NCBI GenBank assembly: GCA_963814865.1
Contig: CAWFEN010000009.1
Span: 167,041-231,040 of the forward strand
Direction of reading: 5' to 3'
DNA: 64,000 bases
DNA from: an uncultured Alphaproteobacteria bacterium
GTDB lineage: Bacteria; Pseudomonadota; Alphaproteobacteria; ATCC43930; CGMCC-115725
The position numbers and the translations under genes are program-made. Of this stretch, positions 51,189 to 58,951 are shown piece by piece (position 1 is the first letter of the stretch; each line of letters begins with the position of its first letter). Below the pieces are notes generated by a model. That model saw nothing but the letters and a program-made list of their open reading frames with translations, did not search any database and was not told where the DNA came from.

Positions 51189-51647
51189 ACAAACCCACCC
51201 TGAAAGGATGGTAGCCCGTCGAATATTGCAATAATTGCAGAAATCCTCAAAGGTGCGCCAGATGTCGATCGGGTTAGGAAACATGCTCGCGTCGAGCGGT
51301 TGCGCCCATTTGTCGTCGTAGCCTTCCCGATAAAGGTGAAGATGCGAACCCTCTAGCCGGGCTCCATCCGGGTTCGTGTGCGGAGCGCCATCAATGCACA
51401 AGCGCACGAGGACGATTATTTGCCGAGCCCGCGTTTGGTACCGATACTTCGAGAGGCGAATGGTGCCACGCCAGATGTCGAGCAGAAAACGTTCTTTCGG
51501 ATCAGCCCCGATCAGTTCGCGCGTATCATCGATACCTGGAGGCAGCGAAATTGGCCGCGATTCCGCGAAGCGCTTCATCATCGCGATTAGGGCGTCCACT
51601 TCCTCTTGAGCCAGCACGTCAGCTCTGCTGCCCCTTACAGAGTTCAA
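51185..51647 (-). CDS. conserved-looking hypothetical protein (family not recognised), possible 1-nt indel near its 3' end
   Basis: ..EEVDALIAMMKRFAES..RFLLDIWRGTIRLSKYRYQTRARQIIVLVRLCIDGAPHTNPDGARLEGSHLHLYREGYDDKWAQPL..TFEDFCNYCNI... In a shifted frame the end reads DGLPSFQGGFV* with the TGA overlapping the next ATG (ATGA). As printed, the frame instead runs into the next gene. The start is uncertain (TTG at 51647, or GTG/ATG downstream). Confidence 0.45.
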
Positions 51648-51897
51648 GTGCCTGTCCTCGGGTCGGGCACACCACGTGATGTTTCGAATTCCGCACCAGT
51701 CACCGTTCCGGCGGCAAATTTTAGCGCGGCCTCGATGTCTTGATCTGTCAGCTGTGGCCGGGCTTCGATGATTTGGTCAGGCGTATCGCCATCGGCAACG
51801 CTGCCGACGACCACGCTGACCGGAACGCGTGTTCCCTTGATGCACGGTTCGCCGTAACACACCTGGGATCGATAATGATCCTGTCGCGCCAGTTCAT
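51644..51897 (-). pseudogene. DUF433 (antitoxin-like HTH) protein with a 1-nt deletion (or sequencing error)
   Basis: ATG at 51897 gives MNWRDRIIIDP, then the family-typical CYGEPCIKGTRVPVSVVVGSVADGDTPDQIIEARPQLTDQDIEAALKFAA continues in another frame. The indel is at cctggg 51862-51867. Confidence 0.6.
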
Positions 51898-51909
51898 CTA
51901 GCAAAAGCC

Positions 51910-52302
51910 TCAAGCCGGGGTGAACATCGGCACCGGCGGGCCGCCGTCGCTGGGCTTGAAGACGAGCTTCACCGCCTGGCCGATCTTGATCCGGTCGAGG
52001 TCGCAATCGACGATGTTGGTCATCATCGTCGGCCCCTCGGCCAGGGTCACATAGGCGATCGCATACGGGACCGGGGCGCGGCGCATCACGCTGTAAGTGT
52101 AGATCACCCCCTTGCCCGACGCCTGTTGCAATGCGGTGTTGTCGCTGAAACAGAACGGACAGTGCGATCGTGGGTAGTAATAATTCTTCCCGCAGGCGTT
52201 GCATTTGCCGATCATCAATTTGCCTTGCGCCGCCGCATCCCAGAACGCCTTGGTTTCGAGATTGGGCACTGGGGCTTGGATCTTGCGGTCCTGGCTCTGC
52301 AT
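51910..52302 (-). CDS. Zn-ribbon/OB-fold (DUF35) protein, partner of a thiolase-like enzyme
   Basis: FWDAAAQGKLMIGKCNACGKNYYYPRSHCPFCFS.., ..IAYVTLAEGPTMMTNIV.., KIGQAVKLVF. Confidence 0.8.
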   Translation of the reverse strand: MQSQDRKIQAPVPNLETKAFWDAAAQGKLMIGKCNACGKNYYYPRSHCPFCFSDNTALQQASGKGVIYTYSVMRRAPVPYAIAYVTLAEGPTMMTNIVDCDLDRIKIGQAVKLVFKPSDGGPPVPMFTPA

Positions 52303-52307
52303 GACGG

Positions 52308-53481
52308 TCACTCCCGCTCCATGATCACGGTCGCCGCACCATGGCGGGTACCGAGCGAGCCGCCGGTGCCGTGCGCCAGGGCCAGATCGCAATTCGGCAC
52401 CTGGACCTTGGGGTGCGCCTCGCCGCGCAACTGCCGCACCGCCTCGACCACCTTGGTCAGCCCGCCGCGGTTGGACGGGTGGTTGTTGCACAGACCGCCG
52501 CCATCGGTGTTGAACGGCAGTTTGCCGGTGCCCGAGATCAAATTGCCGTCGGCGACGAAGCGGCCGCCCTGGCCTTTCTCGCAGAAGCCGAGATCCTCGA
52601 TCTGCATCACCACGGTGATCGTAAAGCTGTCGTAGATCGAGGCGTATTTGATGTCGGCGGGCTTGATCCCGGCTTCGGCAAAGGCCGCCGGCCCCGACCA
52701 CACGGCACCCGAATAGGTCAGGTCGATCTGCCCGCCCATCTGGTGCTTGGGCGCCTCGCCGGCGCCGATGATCCTGACCAACGGCCGCTTCAGGCTTCGC
52801 GCCACCTCGGGGCTGGCGACGATGATGGCGCCGCCGCCGTCGCTGATCACGCAGCAATCGAGCCGGTGCAGCGGGTCGGCGATCATCGGCGAATTGACCA
52901 CGTCTTCGACCGTGACCACGTCGCGCAGCATCGCATGCGGGTTGTATTGCGCATGGTGCGAGGCCGCGACCTTGACCCAGGCGAGCTGCTCGCTGGTGGT
53001 GCCGTACTGGTGCATGTGGCGCATCGCGCACATCGCGTACATGTTGGCGGTGGCCGGCGCGTAGGGGTTCTCGAACGCGGTCTCGGCCGACTGCGCCGTC
53101 GCGGCGCGCGGCGCGGTGCCGGTCGCCACCCCCTCGGTGCGCGGCCTGCCGGCCAAGGTGATCAGCGCAATCGAGCATTTGCCGAGGGCTATCGCCTCGG
53201 CAGCATGGCCGACCTGCAGCAGATAGGACGAGCCGCCGGTATCGGTCGAAATCCCAGTGGCGCAATTTGAGCCCGAGATAATCGATCATCGACAGCGCGC
53301 CGAGACCGGGCGTGTCGCCGGAGGCGCAGAAATAGCCGTCGATGTCGTTCTTGCTAAGCCCGGCATCGGCGAGCGCGCCCTGGGCGCATTCGGCATGCAG
53401 CTGAAACAGCGATTTGTCGTCGGCCTTGCGCGTCGGGTGCTCGAAGATCCCGACGATATTGGCCTTGCCCTTGATGCTCAT
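52308..53481 (-). pseudogene. thiolase-like (SCP-x / lipid-transfer type) protein with one frame disruption (or sequencing error)
   Basis: MSIKGKANIVGIFEHPTRKADDKS..SMIDYLGLKL is in one frame. GISTDTGGSSYLLQVGHAAEAIALGKCSIALITLAGR..NTDGGGLCNNHP..AHGTGGSLG.. is in another. The switch is near 53255-53262. Confidence 0.75.
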
Positions 53482-53624
53482 CGCCGGCTGTTCTCCCCTT
53501 CGAGGCAAATGTGTTGCTGCGGATGGGATACCGTTCGGCGCCCGCGGTCAATCCCGGATCGCTTGCAGCGAGGCGCCTCGTTGTGGGATAGGCTGCGACC
53601 TACCTGGTCAAGCTGACCAGACTA

Positions 53625-53799
53625 GTGTTGGACGCGATGCTGCGAGACGCCGCATCGACACGCACGTCTTTCTCTGGTGGAACGTCGATTGAGGAAAGCC
53701 ATCGGCGATCCGGCCAATGAGGTATATGTCAGCGCCGTCTCGGTCTGGGAAATCGGCATCAAACCCGCGATCGGGAAGCTCGGCCTGTCCGCACCTTAG
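53625..53799 (+). pseudogene. N-terminal remnant of a PIN-domain (VapC-like) toxin
   Basis: ..IDTHVFLWWNVD in one frame, then LRKAIGDPANEVYVSAVSVWEIGIKPAIGKLGLSAP* in the next. The C-terminal half of the PIN domain is absent. Confidence 0.55.
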
Positions 53800-54394
53800 A
53801 GTCGATTTCGCGCAAGAGTGGGCTTCGCACGACCGCGCGGTGGAACGAGGATGGCGGGCGTCCATAGGTTGCGCGGAAAGCATCATTGAACCGTCGCACG
53901 CTGCGAAAACCGGCGGCGAAGGCGATCTCGGACAACCCCAGCGCCGTCTCGTCGATCAGCCGCTTGGCGGTCTGCACCCGCCGGGTCGCGGCGACCTCGC
54001 CCGGCGCAGCGCCGGCATGGCGGAGAAACAGCCGCGACAGATGACGCGGGCCGATGCCCAGCCGCTCGGCCAGTTCCGCGACCGAGGCCTGATCGAGGAA
54101 GCCCTCCTCGATCAGCCGCATGCCGCGCGTGACCGTCGCCGCCGTGCCGTTCCAGGCCGGACTCCCCGGCGCCGCTTCCGGACGACAGCGCAGGCAGGGA
54201 CGAAAACCCGCCCGTTCGGCCGCGGCGGCCGTTCGAAAGAAGAAGACATTCTCGGAGCGCGCCGGCCGCACCGGACAGACCGGCCGGCAGTAGATGCGTG
54301 TTGTCCGCACGCCGGTAAAGAATCGGCCGTCGAATTCGGGATCGCGCGCCAGACGGGCGCGGTCGCAAGTATTCCAATCGAGTTCCGACGGCAT
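53759..54394 (-). CDS. AdaA-like regulator (Ada Zn-binding methylphosphotriester domain plus AraC-type HTH)
   Basis: DPEFDGRFFTGVRTTRIYCRPVCP..FRPCLRCRP (Cys4 Ada motif), then ..LAERLGIGPRHLSRLF.. and ..IAFAAGFRSVRRFNDAFR..; 211 aa from ATG 54394. Confidence 0.65.
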   Translation of the reverse strand: MPSELDWNTCDRARLARDPEFDGRFFTGVRTTRIYCRPVCPVRPARSENVFFFRTAAAAERAGFRPCLRCRPEAAPGSPAWNGTAATVTRGMRLIEEGFLDQASVAELAERLGIGPRHLSRLFLRHAGAAPGEVAATRRVQTAKRLIDETALGLSEIAFAAGFRSVRRFNDAFRATYGRPPSSFHRAVVRSPLLREIDSKVRTGRASRSRV

Positions 54395-54457
54395 GCCGGT
54401 CGCGCCGGCGTGGTGGATTTGAAGTTGGCCGGATCCGGCTGGCGCCATTTTCTCCTC

Positions 54458-54518
54458 GTCATGCCGGCGAAGGCCGGTATTCGACGGCCGAAATAAATCC
54501 CGCCCTTCGTCGGGATGA
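54458..54518. repeat. REP-like palindromic unit pair
   Basis: gtcatgccggcgaaggccggtattcgacggccgaaataaatcccgcccttcgtcgggatgac. The termini gtcat../..atgac and the internal hairpins resemble the inner arms of the 43474-43714 element. Confidence 0.6.
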
Positions 54519-54659
54519 CGATGCCGGAGATATCGCGAACCGCCGGTGCGGGAGGCTAGCGGAAAGTCACGGCCGCATGATAGCCGGAATCGGACGCGGT
54601 CGGGGACCAGGTCCGAAACCCGCCAGCTTTTATCGGGCCGGCCCGGCACGCTCCGGCCC

Positions 54660-55908
54660 ATGACTGATCGCCTCGATGTCGATGCGCTGCGCCGGCCGGC
54701 GCTTTATCACGGCTGGCTGGTGGTCGCGACGGCCTTCCTGGTTGCCATGTTCGGCTTCGGGCTCGGCTTTTACGGTCCGGGCATCTATCTAGTCGCGCTC
54801 AAAGCGCGCCACGGCTGGTCTGTCGCCGAACTCGCGCCGGCGATCACCGCCTATTACGTGCTCGGCGCCACATGGCTGTTCTTTTGGGTCGGCCCGCTCT
54901 TTGATCGTCTCGGCGCGCGAAAGACGGTCGCGGCCGGTGCCCTCGCGCTGTCTTGCGGCCTGGCGATGCTGGCTTCGGCAAGCCGCATTTGGCAGATATA
55001 CGCGGCGTTCGTGGTGATGTCGCCCGGCTGGGCGACGATGAGCGGCGCGGCGATCGCGATCATTGTCGCGCCGTGGTTCGACAAACGCCGCGGCCTGGCC
55101 GTCAGCTGGGCGCTGAACGGCGGCAGTGCGGGAGGCATTGTCTTTGCGCCGCTGCTGACGTTCCTGATCGCCCGGTTCGGCTTTGCCGTCGCCGTGGACG
55201 CGGCGGCCTTGTCGATGCTGGCGATCCTCCTGCCGATCGCGGCCTTGACGCTGCGGCGAAAGCGCGCCGGCGAACGCGACTGGGCGGACGAAGCCCCGGC
55301 CGCCGACCCGTCTCCGCCACTCCCTCCGCCACCACCCTGGCATCTGAGGCATGCGCTGCGCAGCCGGCGCTTCCTGACGATCTCGGCCGCGTTCGCCGTG
55401 GGCATGACTGTCCAAGTCGGGTTCCTGACGCATCAGATGGCCTTCCTCGCGCCGATGATCGGGGCCGCGGCAGCGGGTTGGGGAGTCAGTCTGACGACAG
55501 CCGCCGCCGTTCTCGGCCGCATCGCGACCGGGTTTATCGTGGATCGGGTCAATCGCCGGGCGGTGGCCTGCAGCAACTTCCTGATGCAAGCCGTGGCGAT
55601 GGCGATTCTCGGCAACCTCCGCTTCGCGCACAGCGCTCTATCTCGGCTGCGCGCTGTTCGGGATTGGCGTCGGCAATATGAATTCGCTGCCCGCCCTCAT
55701 CGTTCAACAAGAGTTTCCAAGGCACTCTTTCGCACGGATCGTGAGCCTCGTCGTCGCCATCAACCAGTTCAGCTTCGCGTTCGGCCCGAGCCTTCTCGGT
55801 CAGTTGCAGTCGGCATCGGGTAGCTATGCACGGGCGCTGACTGCCTGCCTGGCGCTGGAGGCGATTGCGGCGATCGTTGTCCTCCGGCCTCGGGCCGTGA
55901 GCGCTTGA
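54660..55908 (+). pseudogene. MFS transporter (oxalate/formate antiporter-like) with one frame disruption (or sequencing error)
   Basis: MTDRLDVDALRRPALYHGWLVVATAFLVAMFGFGLGFYGPG.. through ..AMAILGNL in one frame. ALYLGCALFGIGVGNMNSLPALIVQQEFP..VVLRPRAVSA* is in another. The switch is near 55620-55635. Confidence 0.7.
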
Positions 55909-55967
55909 CCTGCCGTGCGGCACCGCGCAGGTTCGGATCGATCGAACATCGACGACGGAGGCGCATC

Positions 55968-57110
55968 GTGGGGCCGCTCGCCGGGATCAAGGTGGTGGAA
56001 TTGGCCGGCATCGGGCCGGGGCCGATGGGCGCGATGGTGCTTGCCGATATGGGCGCCACGGTGCTGCGCATCGACCGGCCGGGCGGCAGCGGTCTCGGCC
56101 TTCAGCGCCCGTTGCGCTACGATCTGCTGCTGCGCGGCCGCTATTCGATCGCGGTCGATCTCAAAGCCGCGGCGGGGAGGGCGCTGGCGTTGCGCCTCGT
56201 CGAAGAGGCCGACGCGCTGATCGAGGGCTTTCGGCCAGGCGTCACCGAGCGGCTCGGTCTCGGTCCAGAGGATTGCCTCGCGCGCAATCCGCGCCTCGTC
56301 TATGGCCGGGTCACCGGCTGGGGCCAGGACGGGGAGCTGGCGCAGGCGGCCGGGCACGACATCAACTACATCTCCCTCGCCGGCGCGCTGCATGCGTTCG
56401 GGCAGCATGACGGGCCGCCGACCCCGCCGCTCAACCTGCTCGGCGATTTCGCCGGCGGCGCACTTTATCTCGCGTTCGGCGTCGTCTGCGGCATTCTCGA
56501 AGCGCGCCGGTCGGGCCAGGGCCAGATCGTCGACGCGGCGATGGTCGATGGTGTGGCCTCGCTGATGACGTCGTTTCACGGCGCGGTCGCGGCCGGGCTC
56601 GCGAGCCACGAGCGCGGCACCAACCACCTCGATGGCGGCGCGCATTTCTACAATGCGTATGAATGCGCCGATGGACGGTGGATCTCGATCGCGCCGATCG
56701 AGGGCAAGTTCTACGCCGAGTTATTGCGGCGGCTCGACATCGACCCGGCAACCATGCCGGCGCAGATGGACCGGGAAGGCTGGCGCGCGGCGCAGGCGCG
56801 GCTCGCCGATCTGTTCAGGACCCGGACGCGCGACGAATGGTGCGCGCTGCTGGAAGGCACCGATTCCTGCTTCGCCCCGGTGCTGACGATCGACGAGGCG
56901 CCATCGCACCCGCACAACGCGGCGCGGCGGACCTATGTGGAGATCGACGGCATCGTCCAGCCGGCCCCGGCTCCGCGCTTTTCCCGGACCGTTCCCGACC
57001 TGCCGATCCCGCCGCAGCCAAGCGCTCCCGAACAGGCTGAGACGGCGCTCGCCGCTTGGCTCGGCCCGGCCGAAATCGCCGCCCTCAAAGCCGGCGGCAC
57101 AATCGGCTGA
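55968..57110 (+). CDS. CaiB/BaiF family CoA-transferase / alpha-methylacyl-CoA racemase-like protein
   Basis: GPLAGIKVVELAGIGPGPMGAMVLADMGATVLRIDRP.., EGFRPGV.., GHDINYISLAG.. and GDFAGG. GTG at 55968 has GGAGG upstream. Confidence 0.8.
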   Translation: MGPLAGIKVVELAGIGPGPMGAMVLADMGATVLRIDRPGGSGLGLQRPLRYDLLLRGRYSIAVDLKAAAGRALALRLVEEADALIEGFRPGVTERLGLGPEDCLARNPRLVYGRVTGWGQDGELAQAAGHDINYISLAGALHAFGQHDGPPTPPLNLLGDFAGGALYLAFGVVCGILEARRSGQGQIVDAAMVDGVASLMTSFHGAVAAGLASHERGTNHLDGGAHFYNAYECADGRWISIAPIEGKFYAELLRRLDIDPATMPAQMDREGWRAAQARLADLFRTRTRDEWCALLEGTDSCFAPVLTIDEAPSHPHNAARRTYVEIDGIVQPAPAPRFSRTVPDLPIPPQPSAPEQAETALAAWLGPAEIAALKAGGTIG

Positions 57111-57150
57111 GGTTTCGGGAATTTGCCAGACGACGGCGCCCCGGGGGAGA

Positions 57151-58117
57151 ATGGCGGCGGTGCCCGCGCCGATTTCGCCGGCTGACCCGCCGGCAATCGC
57201 CCGCGCCGCGGCATTGCTGCGCGCCGGCCGCCTCGTCGCCTTTCCAACCGAGACGGTTTACGGCCTCGGCGGCGATGCGACGGATGATCGCGCCGTCGCC
57301 GAAATCTTCGCGGCGAAGGGCCGGCCGCGCTTCAACCCGCTGATCGTGCATGTTCCGGGCCTGGCCGAGGCGGCGGCGCTGGCCGTCTTCGACGAGCGCG
57401 CCCGGCACGTCGCCCGCCGGTTCTGGCCGGGGCCGCTGAGCCTCGTGCTGCGCCGCCGCCCGGACAGCGGGGTGTCGCTCTTGGCGAGCGCCGGGCTCGA
57501 CACGGTGGCGATCCGCGTACCGGCCGATCCGGTCGCGCAGGCGTTGCTGGATGCGACGGGGCGCCCGGTCGCGGCGCCCTCGGCCAACCGCTCGGGACGG
57601 GTCAGCCCGACCGAGGCCGCGCATGTCGCCGCAGAGCTGGGCGCGGCGGTCGCGCTGATCCTCGATGGCGGGCGCTGCGCGGTCGGGCTCGAATCGACGG
57701 TGCTCGACCTGTCCGGCGAGGCTCCCGTGCTGCTGCGTCCGGGCGCCGTCACCCTGGAAGATTTGACCGCGCTCCTCGGCCCGATCGCCATGCCCGGCCC
57801 CGGTGCGCCGAGATCGCCGGGCATGCTGGCGAGCCATTACGCCCCCAGGCTGCCGCTGCGCCTCGACGCCGTCGACGCCCGCCCCGGCGAGGCGCTGCTC
57901 GCCTTTGGCGCCGATCCGCCGCCCGGTTTTGCCGAGATACTCTGGCTCAGCCGGACGCGGCGATCTCGCCGAGGCCGCGGCCAATCTGTTCGCGATGCTG
58001 CGCCGGCTCGACCGGCCGGCTTTTTCCGGCATCGCGGTGACGCCGATCCCCGAGCGCGGTCTCGGCCGGGCGATCAGCGACCGGCTGCGCCGCGCCGCCA
58101 CCCGGCGGCCGGATTGA
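57151..58117 (+). pseudogene. tsaC: L-threonylcarbamoyladenylate synthase (Sua5/YwlC/TsaC family) with one frame disruption (or sequencing error)
   Basis: LVAFPTETVYGLGGDA.., KGRPRFNPLIVHV, PGPLSLVL and APSANRSGRVSPT in one frame. GDLAEAAANLFAMLRRLDRPAFSGIAVTPIPERGLGRAISDRLRRAA..* is in another. The switch is near 57945-57965. Confidence 0.8.
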
Positions 58118-58125
58118 GGCTCGCC

Positions 58126-58951
58126 TCAGCGGACGATCAGCACGTCGCAGGCAAGGCGTTCGGCAAATTCGCGCAGCCGGCCGCCGGCGCTTTCGACCGC
58201 GCCGGCTTCGATCGCCAGCAATCGGCAATCCAATTCGACGATCCGCCGTGGCAAGGCCGCGGGTTCCGTGGGCGCCACGGCGATCTGCCACGGCACCGAA
58301 AACGCGGCGATCTGTTGGGCGATCCACTTTTCGAGCCCGACCGCGGCGGCAAGCGCGGGCGGGCACATCGCCGTCAGGCCGCCGCCTCCGGCTTCGGCCA
58401 TTTGCGCCGCCGCCCGAAGCAGTCGGGCCGATCCCGGATTCCGGTCGCGCAGCAAGGCCGCCACCCTGGCATTCGCGCTCCAGGCCTGGCGGGCGAGCAG
58501 GAACGGACCCGGTGCCAGCTCGATCGAGGACCACCAACGGCATTCCACCCGGAAATAGCCGGCGATCGGACGGGTGAGCGCCCCGGCAACCACGAGGTCG
58601 TGTTCCGATACGGCCGACAGCACGGTTTCCGCAGCGCCCCGCACGATCTCGAAAGACCATGGCAGCACGTGTCGTTGCGCCGCGGCGGCAACTTCCTGCC
58701 GCGCGCGTTCGGCGGCGGCGCGCAGATGCAGCTCGATCTGCGGCACGGTCAACGGCTCGACTGCCGAACCCCGACGCGACCTGGCGCGCGAACGGCAGAC
58801 CGGCGAGCCGCAGCAGGTCTTCGTCCTCGACAAAAATTCCGTGCAGCGGCGCCTTCGCACGCGCCGCGAGCCGCGCCGCCGTGTCGATCGCGGTCCGGTT
58901 CTCCGATGCGGCGTCGAGCGGGACGACGACGCGCTCGATCGCACCGCTCAT
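58126..58951 (-). pseudogene. universal-stress-protein-like protein coupled to the Lon-like protease, one frame disruption (or sequencing error)
   Basis: MSGAIERVVVPLDAASENRTAIDTAARLAARAKAPLHGIFVEDEDLLRLAGLPFARQV in one frame. GSAVEPLTVPQIELHLRAAAE..HDLVVAG..ACDVLIVR* is in another. The switch is near 58775-58790. The ATG overlaps the protease stop (ATGA). Confidence 0.55.

Noticed and set aside
51063-51647. Treating ORF 51063..51647 (194 aa) as a single gene.
   Set aside because: Its last ~40 residues (MIKEECRQLVDAYVEWLRRG..) are the N-terminus of the DUF1828-like protein, which continues in ORF 50423..50989. An alternative frame gives the first protein a stop overlapping that ATG. The printed ORF is best explained as two genes merged and truncated by indels.
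53759-54394. Calling the AdaA-like gene a truncated pseudogene.
   Set aside because: From ATG 54394 the ORF is 211 codons, which matches stand-alone AdaA proteins. Truncation of an AdaA-AlkA fusion is possible but not demonstrable here, so the gene is kept as a CDS.
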